Shown piece by piece: positions 26,858 to 36,546 of a stretch of 62,941 nucleotides of DNA. This DNA is from a virus (lineage: Duplodnaviria; Caudoviricetes): positions 1 through 62,941 of IMG/VR virus record IMGVR_UViG_3300030098_002385, one strand, 5' to 3'. Under the pieces are notes generated by a model. The model was not told the DNA's origin, ran no database searches, and saw only the letters and a program-made list of their open reading frames with translations. Within the stretch, counting starts at the first letter, position 1, and each line of letters opens with the position of its first letter. A program made the translations under genes and the position numbers.

Positions 26858-27342
26858 TGGCTACATTAAGAGTTACACACACAGAAGACATTGTCCTAGA
26901 GGGAAGACAACAAGGAACTACTAGAACAATGAGATACGATAATATTACAGATATTTTTTCTAGAGTTATATCATTTGCCCAAGGAAGCAATATGGTTCTT
27001 TATGCTACAGTATCAACTCACGCAGAAATGGTTGCTGGTTATGTTTTAGATGATGGTTCTGTTAAATATGTTCGAATAACAAGTTTAGGTAACGAACCTG
27101 TTGTTATACAAATTCTTGGAGAAGATGATGGGAGTGATGAAATGAATTTTGCTTATGAATTACAACCAGGTCAATCTTTTTATCTTTACAACCACCAGTT
27201 AGCTATGAGGGTAGATGACACTAATGATATTACAACGACAGAGTGTAGAACTAGCTTAGTTGATATAGACCAAGTAAAAGTGGTTTGCCCTAGAGGGACA
27301 GGTAAAGTAGAACTTTTTGCTGCAAGTACTGATTCTAAATAA
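26857..27342 (+). CDS. Putative structural protein (family A-like)
   Basis: MATL.V, V.YVRIT.L and KVELFAA shared with the next gene. Confidence 0.6.
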   Translation: MATLRVTHTEDIVLEGRQQGTTRTMRYDNITDIFSRVISFAQGSNMVLYATVSTHAEMVAGYVLDDGSVKYVRITSLGNEPVVIQILGEDDGSDEMNFAYELQPGQSFYLYNHQLAMRVDDTNDITTTECRTSLVDIDQVKVVCPRGTGKVELFAASTDSK

Positions 27343-27350
27343 TATAAACT

Positions 27351-27824
27351 ATGGCTACATTAACAGTTCAAATAAAGGAAACTTTAAATTTAAATGGTAA
27401 AGAACAGGGTTCTGTAAACACTAAAACAATATCCGATATTACACAGTGTTTAAAAACTATTGTAGAAGTTCCAACTTCTGAAATAAACTTATTAACATTT
27501 GCATCTGCTGCAGCTGGAATAACAACTTTAGACCAAGATGATGTAGAGTATATTAGAATAACAAATTTAGATACTACTAATTATATTACAATAGGTATAG
27601 AAAAAGAAAGTTCAACTGCTTCTGTTGCTGCTTTTAGATTAGATGCTGGTAGAAGCTTTATAGTTGCAACACCAAATACAACAACAGAACACCCTCAATT
27701 CTTTACAAGTGATTCTGCTCATGACTCAAGTGCTACACAAATAGACATAGAGACTATAACTGCGCTTGCTAATACAGATACTTGTAAATTAGAATTGTTT
27801 GTAGCGTTGAACACAACAACATAG
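27351..27824 (+). CDS. Putative structural protein (family A-like)
   Basis: MATLTV, VEYIRITNL, KLELFVA. Confidence 0.6.
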   Translation: MATLTVQIKETLNLNGKEQGSVNTKTISDITQCLKTIVEVPTSEINLLTFASAAAGITTLDQDDVEYIRITNLDTTNYITIGIEKESSTASVAAFRLDAGRSFIVATPNTTTEHPQFFTSDSAHDSSATQIDIETITALANTDTCKLELFVALNTTT

Positions 27825-27825
27825 T

Positions 27826-28353
27826 ATGTATTTACTAAACATTGACAAGCGGGGGGAAATTATAGAAACAGACGATGGTTTGTATGCTATTGAAGAGTTT
27901 AGAGAGGTGGTAGAAGAATTTGGGTTGAAAGGAATATTATGGGTGGCTTTAGTATGTGATTATGATTCACCATACAGACACTTTGTAGAAAGAGAACAAG
28001 TAAAGTCAGTTAGTAAAGCTGTGTTTAATACCTATAATTGGAAAGGAATTAGAAATGAAAAAATTGCTAATGCAATTAAAAGGTATAAGGAGTTGCAGTT
28101 TGACCCATTAGATGCGCAGTTAATAGCATTTAATGAAAAGATAGATGAATATACTCAGTTAATGAAAAATGTAAAAATTAACGAGGATAATGCGGAAAGT
28201 ATGCAGAAAATAATGATAGGTGTAGAGAAAGTATTAAACACTAGACAAAAATTATTAGATGCTATAGAAAGAAGAGGAGAGCGTAAAAAAATAAAAGGAG
28301 AAGCAAAAATGAGTTATTTAGAACAACAAATGAACATAAAATCTAAAATATAA
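27826..28353 (+). CDS. Possible terminase small subunit
   Basis: Helical protein with DYDSPY and coiled coil, two genes upstream of terL; positional inference. Confidence 0.4.
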   Translation: MYLLNIDKRGEIIETDDGLYAIEEFREVVEEFGLKGILWVALVCDYDSPYRHFVEREQVKSVSKAVFNTYNWKGIRNEKIANAIKRYKELQFDPLDAQLIAFNEKIDEYTQLMKNVKINEDNAESMQKIMIGVEKVLNTRQKLLDAIERRGERKKIKGEAKMSYLEQQMNIKSKI

Positions 28354-28357
28354 AGTT

Positions 28358-28711
28358 ATGGCAAAAGATGGCAAAAGGTCAACACCGCAATCAGTTGGAA
28401 CATTTAACGAAGCTTTTAAACAAGCAAGAGAATCAGGTGTTAAAACATTTATGTGGAAAGGTAAAAAATACAACACAAAAACATTAGATGAGGTAAAAAA
28501 TACATCAACTAAAAAAACAAAAACAGATACAGGCGCATCTGCTTATATGACACCTAAGTATAAAGCTGGTGGTAAATTAAAAGCAGTTCCTGCTGGAAAT
28601 AAAGGTCTTTCTAAGTTACCAACTAGCGTTAGAAACAAAATGGGTTACATGAAAAAAGGTGGTAAAATTGATATTAGGTATAAAGGGGGAGGAATTGTGC
28701 AGCATGATTAG
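28358..28711 (+). CDS. Basic protein with xxGG motifs ending GGGIVQHD
   Basis: FNEAFKQAR..G.KTF.WKGKKY; YKAGG, MKKGG, YKGGG. Confidence 0.7.
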   Translation: MAKDGKRSTPQSVGTFNEAFKQARESGVKTFMWKGKKYNTKTLDEVKNTSTKKTKTDTGASAYMTPKYKAGGKLKAVPAGNKGLSKLPTSVRNKMGYMKKGGKIDIRYKGGGIVQHD

Positions 28712-28723
28712 ATAAAGACATGA

Positions 28724-30544
28724 ATGTCAAAAAGTATAAAAAAATATGCTCCTATAGTATATGAAGGAATACCAGACTTAGACCCCGAGTCGGTATCTTT
28801 TCAGGAGTATTGGGAGGAACAGATTCATAGATGTAAGAATGGCTATAAGCCAAAGGGGATGGATAAAATAACAGGTAAGCATTATTATTATCTAAATTTT
28901 TATAAAATATTAGGTAATAGTGGTGCAGAATCTGGAAATAGAAAAACTTTAATTGCTCCTTGGTATAGAGACTTGGATAAAGTTTATTTTGACACATTTG
29001 AGCAATGTAAAGATGAGCAAAAAGGAATGATTGTAATTAAAGCCAGAGATAAAGGTTTTAGTTATATGAATTCAGCACTATGTGCGCATGAATATACATT
29101 CTATCCTTATAATGAGGTGGGAATTGCTGCAGGACTACAGGTTACTGCAGATTCGTTCTTTGACAAAGTAAAAAAAGGTTTAAATGCACAGCATAATAAC
29201 TTTAAACATTCAGTATTGAAAGATACTTCGGATGTAGTTAAAAGTGGATATAAACAAAAAACAAAAGACGGTAAATGGAATATAGGTGGATATCAATCTG
29301 CTATACATTGTAGAACAATGTCTAATCCAGAAGTCTTTAAAGGTGAACGTTTGAGTGTAATGATATTTGAAGAAGCTGGTGAGTTTAAAGAATTGTTAAA
29401 TGCATATATGTCATCTAAAGCTTGTTTTATGGATGGTAACATACAGTTTGGTGTTCCTGTTATTGGTGGAACAGGTGGTGATATAGAAGCGTCTTCTAAA
29501 GATTTTATGGAAATGTATTACAATGCAGATTCTTTTAACTTAATTCCACTGTTTATACCTGCTTCTGTATGTTATTATGGTTTTTTTGATGTAAATACAG
29601 GTATTAGTGACGAAAGAGGTGCAAGAAAAGAGTTGTTAAAAGAAAGAGAAAAGTTAGAAGGTAGAGATAATAGCAAGGCTTATAACTTGCATATACAAAA
29701 CTATCCTTTAACTGTGGAAGAGGCTTTCTTAAAAACTAAAGGAAGTAGATTTGATTTATCACTTATAAATGCACAAAGGGGTAGGATAATGAGTTTTAAA
29801 AAACTAGAGAATCAAATACAAAGAGGTAGAATAGAATGGGTGTTTGATGATGAAGATGGGTTTACTGATAGAGTAGAGTGGATAGCAGATAGAAATGGTC
29901 CATACCAAATATTAGACCACCCTAATGAAGATTATGAAGGTTTAGATATAGGTGGTATTGACTCGTATGACCAAGACACAGCAGAGTCTACAACATCAAT
30001 GGGTAGCGCTATTATATTCAGAAGGTTTGTTTCACCAGACCTACCTAGTGATTATGTTGTTGCTGAATATACAGAAAGACCTAAAACAGCAGAAGAATTT
30101 TGGGACGGATGTCTTAAATTAGCTGTATATTACAATGCTAAAATGCTCATTGAGTATACAAAAATTGGGATTATAGATTATTTTAAGAGAAAGAAAGCTC
30201 TTAAATATATGAAAGAAAAACCCAAAACTGCACACGCGCCTGGAACCTTAACTAGAAATAGATTTGGTTTACAAATGAATAAACAAACAAAGGCCGTTAT
30301 GGAGCAGTACATGGACGATTATATTAAAACTAATGTTGATGATATATGGTTCATAGATTTGTTGAATGAGCTTGCTGATTATGGAACAAGAAACACGGAT
30401 AGGGCTATAGCTTTTGGTTTGTGTTTAATTCATAATATTGATATATTCCAGACTCAAGCAAGACAAAAAGAATTAAAAGATAAAAAACTTGGATTTGTTT
30501 ACTACAAAAGAGATGGTGGTAGATTAGTTCCATTTAAAGATTAG
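28724..30544 (+). CDS. terL: Terminase large subunit
   Basis: Walker A KARDKGFS, Walker B IFEEAG, GGTGG, nuclease GGIDSYD and DRAIA. Confidence 0.92.
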   Translation: MSKSIKKYAPIVYEGIPDLDPESVSFQEYWEEQIHRCKNGYKPKGMDKITGKHYYYLNFYKILGNSGAESGNRKTLIAPWYRDLDKVYFDTFEQCKDEQKGMIVIKARDKGFSYMNSALCAHEYTFYPYNEVGIAAGLQVTADSFFDKVKKGLNAQHNNFKHSVLKDTSDVVKSGYKQKTKDGKWNIGGYQSAIHCRTMSNPEVFKGERLSVMIFEEAGEFKELLNAYMSSKACFMDGNIQFGVPVIGGTGGDIEASSKDFMEMYYNADSFNLIPLFIPASVCYYGFFDVNTGISDERGARKELLKEREKLEGRDNSKAYNLHIQNYPLTVEEAFLKTKGSRFDLSLINAQRGRIMSFKKLENQIQRGRIEWVFDDEDGFTDRVEWIADRNGPYQILDHPNEDYEGLDIGGIDSYDQDTAESTTSMGSAIIFRRFVSPDLPSDYVVAEYTERPKTAEEFWDGCLKLAVYYNAKMLIEYTKIGIIDYFKRKKALKYMKEKPKTAHAPGTLTRNRFGLQMNKQTKAVMEQYMDDYIKTNVDDIWFIDLLNELADYGTRNTDRAIAFGLCLIHNIDIFQTQARQKELKDKKLGFVYYKRDGGRLVPFKD

Positions 30545-30547
30545 AAT

Positions 30548-32839
30548 ATGCCGTACACTAATTTTCCTAGGCAACTGCTTAGCGACGAAGAAAAAACAAA
30601 AGAATGGTGTGAGCAAAACTTAGATGCTATGGCACCTTATATTGCTCAATACAATAACAATCTATATATAAACGATAGATTTAAAGATATTAGAAATTAT
30701 CAAGCTTATCACGGTCACTTTGACCCAAAAGACTATGAGCATATTACTGACCAGTATGGAACACCTTTCCCTGCTAGAATGACCAACTATAATATTATAG
30801 CTCCTAAGATTGATTTATTAACAAGTGAAGAATTGCGTAGACCTTTAGAAACTAAAGTAAGTTCTATAAACAAATCTGCTGTTAATAGAAAAAAAGACGC
30901 TAAGGTTTCTATGGTTATGGAACAAATGTTAGGTGATATAAAAAAGGAAATAAACGAAACTATGGGAATGGATATCACGCAAGATAATGTTGATTTTGAT
31001 ATTCCAGACGACATAGAAACTTACATGAGATATACTTACAAAGAGGCAATAGAAGTTGTTGCTGAAAGTGGTATAGAGTATTTGAAAGAAAAATACAGAT
31101 GGAAAGATTTATTTAAAAATGGATTTAGAGACTTTCTTGTATTAGGTAAAGTTTTTTATAAAATAGATGTTAAGAATGGAGACCCTCATGTAAGGCGTGT
31201 TGACCCAAGAAACATAGCTTTTGATTCTTCTATAGAGAGTGATTATATTGATGAATCACAATGGGTGGTAGAACAAAGATGGTTAAGTGTTAATGAAATA
31301 CTAGACGAGTTTGGAGATGAGTTAACAAAAGAAGATGTTATGGAACTTGAGAATATGAGACAAATATCTTCAGGTAGTGAATTAGCTCATTATAACACAA
31401 GTATAGAATGGTTAAACTATGACGCTTCTACTGGCGTAAGAATAAGGCTTATACAAGGAGAATGGAAATCTATAAGAGCTATAAGGTTTAAAGTTTCTGA
31501 AAATAAATATGACCCAGATAATCCTTTTAGAAAAGTTGTTAATGATTCTTATAGACCAAGAAAAGGAGAAACTATAGAAACTAAATATGTAGATGATATT
31601 TGGGAAGGAACTAAAATAGGTGGTAGAATTACAACTAGATGTAGACGAAGACCAAACCAAGTAAGGTCTGTAGATGATGCAGGCTCTACTCCACTTTCTT
31701 ATGTTGGTTGTACTCACAATATGTCTGCAGGTAGAATTACAAGTTTAGTAGATGTTCTTAAACACATACAAACATTATACAATGTTGTAATGTATCATAT
31801 AGAACTTACGCTATCAAGAGCTGGTGGTAAAGCTGTGGTATATGATGTTTCTCAAATGCCTTCTAATATAGGTATGGATATGCAGACAGTATTATATCAC
31901 ATAAAAAATGATGGTATTATACCTATAAACTCTAGAGATGAAGGTCAAGACACAGCAAGGTTTAATCAATTCCAGCAAGTAGACTTTACTTTATCAAACT
32001 CAGTTCAACAATTAGTTAATTTAAAATTAATGTTAGAACAAACAGCTGGTCAGGTATGTGGTATATCACCACAAAGAGAAGGTGCTGTTGCTCAATACGA
32101 AGCTGTGGGTAATGTACAAAGAACTGTTATGCAGTCTAACTTAGTTACAGAAAATTGGTTCTTTCAACACTCTGAAGTTAAAAAGAGAGTTATCGAAAGA
32201 GTGTGTGGTTTAATGAAAATATGTTGGGCTCAAGGCAAAAGACTTGGATATGTATTAGGAGATGGCGCTTTTAAATTATTAGATATATTACCAGATATAG
32301 CTTTAAATGACTATGGTGTGTATATTAATCAAGGCGCTAAAGACGACGCTATTAAACAAGCTGTTACACAATTATCTCAAGCTGCACTACAAAGTGGTAG
32401 TATTACCTTATTAGATGTTATTAAAGTTTTAAAAGCTGATAGTCTTTCTGAAGCTGAACATGTTCTTGAGAATGGTATTAAAGAAATGCAGTCACAAGCA
32501 AAAGCTGCACAAGAACAACAACAATCTATATTACAAGCTCAAGCAGAACAAGAGCAAACTAAGATGCAACACGAAACTCAATTAAAACAAATGGATTCAG
32601 AAGCAAGGCTAAAAGTTGCTAAAGAAAACACAAGAGCTAAAATTGAGGTAGCTAATATACAAGCTGATTTAGAAGCTAATATGGTTAGTGATAGACTAAA
32701 AGGCGCTATACAAAGAGATGCTGCAAAATCTGAATATGATAAAACTGTTCGGGCAGATAAAATGAAAATGGAAGAAAAGAAAATGAAAGAAGATAGAGAT
32801 GAGAAAAGAAAAGATAGATTGGCAAAAACAAAAAAATAA
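30548..32839 (+). CDS. Portal protein
   Basis: Follows terL; YNIIAPKIDLL, GISPQREG; long C-terminal coiled coil. Confidence 0.85.
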   Translation: MPYTNFPRQLLSDEEKTKEWCEQNLDAMAPYIAQYNNNLYINDRFKDIRNYQAYHGHFDPKDYEHITDQYGTPFPARMTNYNIIAPKIDLLTSEELRRPLETKVSSINKSAVNRKKDAKVSMVMEQMLGDIKKEINETMGMDITQDNVDFDIPDDIETYMRYTYKEAIEVVAESGIEYLKEKYRWKDLFKNGFRDFLVLGKVFYKIDVKNGDPHVRRVDPRNIAFDSSIESDYIDESQWVVEQRWLSVNEILDEFGDELTKEDVMELENMRQISSGSELAHYNTSIEWLNYDASTGVRIRLIQGEWKSIRAIRFKVSENKYDPDNPFRKVVNDSYRPRKGETIETKYVDDIWEGTKIGGRITTRCRRRPNQVRSVDDAGSTPLSYVGCTHNMSAGRITSLVDVLKHIQTLYNVVMYHIELTLSRAGGKAVVYDVSQMPSNIGMDMQTVLYHIKNDGIIPINSRDEGQDTARFNQFQQVDFTLSNSVQQLVNLKLMLEQTAGQVCGISPQREGAVAQYEAVGNVQRTVMQSNLVTENWFFQHSEVKKRVIERVCGLMKICWAQGKRLGYVLGDGAFKLLDILPDIALNDYGVYINQGAKDDAIKQAVTQLSQAALQSGSITLLDVIKVLKADSLSEAEHVLENGIKEMQSQAKAAQEQQQSILQAQAEQEQTKMQHETQLKQMDSEARLKVAKENTRAKIEVANIQADLEANMVSDRLKGAIQRDAAKSEYDKTVRADKMKMEEKKMKEDRDEKRKDRLAKTKK

Positions 32840-32845
32840 ATTAAC

Positions 32846-32853
32846 TATCTTTG
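32846..32853 (+). promoter_or_regulatory. -7 element TATCTTTG for the capsid module
   Basis: Intergenic, 27 nt before ATG 32881. Confidence 0.6.
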
Positions 32854-32880
32854 TACAAAGCAAAGAGCAAAAATAAAATT

Positions 32881-33894
32881 ATGAGTGAAAAAGAAAAATC
32901 AGGTGAAGACCTAATTGAACAAGCACAAGATACTGCTGTTCAAGAAGAACAAAAAAATAAGGAAGAGATTCCTGCATTTGACCCAAAAGCGTTTACAAAC
33001 GATGAAGAGGTTAAAACAGAAGAAACTGAAGAGGTAACTGAAGAAACCGAAGCCTCTGAAGAAACAACAGAAGAGGGTGAAGAGGTTGACGAAGATGGTT
33101 TTGAGTGGGGTAGTGTAGAAAATGAACAAAAAGAAGCAAAGCCAGAGGAGGAAGATTGGGACCCAGCTCCAAAGCAAGAGGAGAAAAAAGAGTCTATTGA
33201 AGAGGCTGTTTATGATTGGGAGGCATTAGGAAAAGAGTTTGGTGTACAGGCTAAAAATGAACAAGAGTTTAAACAAGCTATAAATAAAGCTATTAAAACT
33301 CCTGCTCCAGTTAATGACACTATACAAAACTTACAAGATTATCTTAAGCTAGATGATAATTCACTAGTTAAAAGTGATTTAGAAGCTTCTGGTTTAGAAA
33401 AAGAAGAAGTTCAAGATACTCTTGATAGATTAAGTGACTCTGGGTTGTTAAAGAGAGAGGCTATAATGATTAGAAAAAATTTACAAAATTATATTGTAAA
33501 TGAAAGAGATAAACTAAGACATAAGCAAGCTCAACAAAGACAACAAGAAGAACAAGCAAACTTAAACACAAGAAGGTCTTTGCAAACATATATTAAAGGT
33601 AAAGAAGACTTTTTTGGAGGAAAAGTGAAAACAAAGGATAAGAAAGAATTATATAACTACATAACTTCTGGAGATTTTGCCGAAGAGGTGTATAGCGATG
33701 TGGCCAATGTTGCCGACGCTGCCTTCTTGTGGAAATACAAGGACAAAATTTTTAAGATGTTACGTGGTCAAGGAATGGAAAAAGGCAAAGCCTCAGTACT
33801 TAATAAGATTACTAATCCCGACCTTGGTAGAAGAAGTCAACATGTTGATGTCAAGAAAAAATCTGGCTTTGACCCTGTTGAGTTCATGAAGTGA
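32881..33894 (+). CDS. Putative scaffolding protein
   Basis: Very acidic N-terminus and helical C-terminus; between portal and capsid genes. Confidence 0.65.
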   Translation: MSEKEKSGEDLIEQAQDTAVQEEQKNKEEIPAFDPKAFTNDEEVKTEETEEVTEETEASEETTEEGEEVDEDGFEWGSVENEQKEAKPEEEDWDPAPKQEEKKESIEEAVYDWEALGKEFGVQAKNEQEFKQAINKAIKTPAPVNDTIQNLQDYLKLDDNSLVKSDLEASGLEKEEVQDTLDRLSDSGLLKREAIMIRKNLQNYIVNERDKLRHKQAQQRQQEEQANLNTRRSLQTYIKGKEDFFGGKVKTKDKKELYNYITSGDFAEEVYSDVANVADAAFLWKYKDKIFKMLRGQGMEKGKASVLNKITNPDLGRRSQHVDVKKKSGFDPVEFMK

Positions 33895-33970
33895 TAAATA
33901 AAAATGCGATGCTATTTTATTTGTTACAATAAATTAAATTATTGTAAAACAAATTAAAAACATTTAAAAA

Positions 33971-35380
33971 ATGGCAAAAATATATACGGGTACGTATGGA
34001 AAAGACACTACTGATGAAACGGCGTTAGTGACCAACCTACTAAAATACCCAGAAATAGGCAAGAAGCTTATTCAACAATATCCACGTTTCTCTTTAACAT
34101 ATTTATTAGAAGCTGCAGGTAGAAATGCTGCAGAAAAAATCATTGGCGATTACGCTTTTGAATGGAAAATGATGGGAAGATACAGAAAGCCAGCTATAGT
34201 TGAAACTGGTGAAACTTTATCTGCTGCTGCTGGTGCTACAGAAACATTTGTTGTTGACCACGACCCAACTAATGGTATTCATGGTGATAACTTAAATGTT
34301 AATGACGTAGTTCGTTTTTCTGATGGAACTACTGCGCTTGTAACTAATGTTCCTTCTATTACATCTTCTGATACTACTAACACTATTACAGTAAGAGCTA
34401 TTGACGCTTTATCTGTTACTTTAGTTGCTGGTGATGTAGTTGGTACTATTGGTAGTGCTTTTAATCAAGGTTCATTAGCTTCTGAGGTTGGACAAAACTA
34501 TGCTTACCCAGATACATACAAGAACTGGTTAACTCTATCTCGTAAGAAAACAAAAATTATGGGTTCTGATTTAACTGATGTTACTTGGATTGAGTCTAAT
34601 GGTCACAGATTATGGTACTTTACTAAGGAACAACAAATGACTGACCAATTTATGTATGAGCTTGAAGCTCAAAGATGGTATGGAAAGAAAAGTATGTCTA
34701 ACGCTTCTGATTACCCTGGTGATACTGGAGCTGCTACTGCTGGACTTCCAATCATGGGTGATGGTATACTAGCACAAATTGATTCTTCTAACCAAGCTAC
34801 TTATACAGCTGGTGCATTAACAGAAGAAGATATCGTTAACTTTATAGGAACACTTTCTAAAAATGCTTTATCTGCTGAAGGTAATGTATTTACAGTATTT
34901 ACAGGAACACAAGGAAGAATAGATTTCCACAGAGCTATGAAAGATTTATTAGCTACTGTAGGTTCTGGAGCTCCTATGTTTGCTGGTAAAGGTGGTGGTT
35001 CTGTAGAATTAGGCGCTAACTTTACTGAGTACAATATTTTAGGAAACAAAATGATTCTATCTTACTGTCCAGTATTTGACGACCCTAACTTACATAATTC
35101 TATTTCTTCTACATTTGATTCTTCAAATGAGTCAGGAAAAATGGTATTTTTAGATATGGGAATGCAAAATGGCGTTGCTAATGTTGAGTTAATCGCTAAA
35201 GGCGCAGAAGGTTTTAACAGAAGTTTTGTTAAAAAATATGTACCTGGTATGGTAAATCCTTACGATTATAATTCAATGATGGCTGCTAATGGTGATGATT
35301 TCTTTGAGTGTCAAATTCTTTCAGAATCTGGTATTATCTTAAGAAACCCATTATCTTGTGGTATTCTTTCGAATGCGTAA
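33971..35380 (+). CDS. Major capsid protein
   Basis: 469 aa, position after scaffold; GDGILAQI, VFTGTQG, GIILRNP as in crAss-like capsids. Confidence 0.85.
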   Translation: MAKIYTGTYGKDTTDETALVTNLLKYPEIGKKLIQQYPRFSLTYLLEAAGRNAAEKIIGDYAFEWKMMGRYRKPAIVETGETLSAAAGATETFVVDHDPTNGIHGDNLNVNDVVRFSDGTTALVTNVPSITSSDTTNTITVRAIDALSVTLVAGDVVGTIGSAFNQGSLASEVGQNYAYPDTYKNWLTLSRKKTKIMGSDLTDVTWIESNGHRLWYFTKEQQMTDQFMYELEAQRWYGKKSMSNASDYPGDTGAATAGLPIMGDGILAQIDSSNQATYTAGALTEEDIVNFIGTLSKNALSAEGNVFTVFTGTQGRIDFHRAMKDLLATVGSGAPMFAGKGGGSVELGANFTEYNILGNKMILSYCPVFDDPNLHNSISSTFDSSNESGKMVFLDMGMQNGVANVELIAKGAEGFNRSFVKKYVPGMVNPYDYNSMMAANGDDFFECQILSESGIILRNPLSCGILSNA

Positions 35381-35391
35381 ATTAATTTATA

Positions 35392-35422
35392 ATGGGGTGG
35401 GTAACTGCCCCATTTAACCTTT
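35392..35422 (+). terminator. Hairpin after the capsid gene
   Basis: atggggtgg-gtaa-ctgccccat then ttaaccttt. Confidence 0.55.
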
Positions 35423-35435
35423 AAAATATAAAAAA

Positions 35436-35741
35436 ATGAATGCAAGATTTATATATGCACGAACAGCAGCTAATGACGCAGCTTGTGTAAACATAGCTAA
35501 TATAAAGACAGTCGAAATTGATTCCGACAATTCTTTACATATTACGTTTACAAAATCAGATGGCGGAGCTGGAGAAATCCAATTTGCGTTAGGAACTGTT
35601 GACGATGCAACTGAAAAAAGCGTTGTGTTAGATGTTACTAGAGCTATAGCTGGACAAAACTCAGCAGTAATCGTATTGAAAGATGATGTTACTGGAGATG
35701 GTATGTCTGTATTAAGCTCAGTTGATACTATAACAACGTAA
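35436..35741 (+). CDS. Putative capsid-associated protein (distant family C member)
   Basis: Immediately after the capsid gene; RFIY.R...LHITF...V...VIVL.DDV.G resembles 23961. Confidence 0.55.
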   Translation: MNARFIYARTAANDAACVNIANIKTVEIDSDNSLHITFTKSDGGAGEIQFALGTVDDATEKSVVLDVTRAIAGQNSAVIVLKDDVTGDGMSVLSSVDTITT

Positions 35742-35753
35742 TAAATGATTAAT

Positions 35754-35789
35754 GAAGGGAGAGTGTAACACTTAACTCTCCTTTTATTT
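35754..35789 (+). terminator. Intrinsic terminator-like hairpin
   Basis: aagggagagt...actctcctt then ttattt. Confidence 0.5.
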
Positions 35790-35830
35790 AAAAAATAATT
35801 AAGTGTTTAACTTTTTAAAATAAATAACAA

Positions 35831-36340
35831 ATGAATGAAATGTTTAACGTAAGACGTTCTCAAGATGGAGACCAAGTCTTAAAATCCTTAAACGGACAAT
35901 TTCAATCAGTAATACCAGTTACAACAGCAACTTATAATGTAGAAGACCACCAGTCTGGTACTATTTTTACATTAGATAGAGCTGCAGGAATTGCTGTTAC
36001 TTTACCAGCTGCAGAGGTAGGTTTAGTATATGAATTTTATATTACTTCTACTTTTACAGGTACGTGTACAATTACTGCTGATTCAAGCGCTGATACTTAC
36101 ACAGGTATGATAACTAAGATTGATAAAGATGAAAAAGGTTCTGTAGTAGCATTAAATGAAGACATAGATACAACTTGTTTTGATATACCAGCTGCTGCGG
36201 ATTATATATTAACATTAGACGCAGATACAGATGGTAGATTCCTAGGGGGACATCTAAAATTTGTATGTGTTTCTGATTCTAAGTGGAGTATTTCTGGAAA
36301 TCTTTTTGGAGACGGTACAGGTTCTCACATGTTTAGTTAA
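35831..36340 (+). CDS. Putative head fibre/decoration protein
   Basis: SGTIFTL...VTLPAA..GL.Y.F pattern seen in fibre modules. Confidence 0.55.
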   Translation: MNEMFNVRRSQDGDQVLKSLNGQFQSVIPVTTATYNVEDHQSGTIFTLDRAAGIAVTLPAAEVGLVYEFYITSTFTGTCTITADSSADTYTGMITKIDKDEKGSVVALNEDIDTTCFDIPAAADYILTLDADTDGRFLGGHLKFVCVSDSKWSISGNLFGDGTGSHMFS

Positions 36341-36353
36341 TAACTAATTTATA

Positions 36354-36384
36354 TACTTATCCCCTCTTCGGAGGGGGTGGGTAT
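36354..36384 (+). other. Stable hairpin with UUCG tetraloop
   Basis: acttatcccctc-ttcg-gagggggtgggt. Confidence 0.6.
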
Positions 36385-36390
36385 TAAGCT

Positions 36391-36540
36391 ATGGGAAAAA
36401 TAATATTAAAATATAACCCTAAGACAGGGAAAGTAGAGGAACACTCCGAGTCTACACCAAAAGGTGGGAGTAATATATTGATAAAAAAAAGCGGGCCAGG
36501 TTTGAAATGGACTCACAAACACGGACAAAAATTAAAATAA
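36391..36540 (+). CDS. Small basic protein (49 aa, not in ORF track)
   Basis: MGKIILKYNPKTGKVEE...WTHKHGQKLK; fills the intergenic gap. Confidence 0.55.
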   Translation: MGKIILKYNPKTGKVEEHSESTPKGGSNILIKKSGPGLKWTHKHGQKLK

Positions 36541-36546
36541 TAAATT

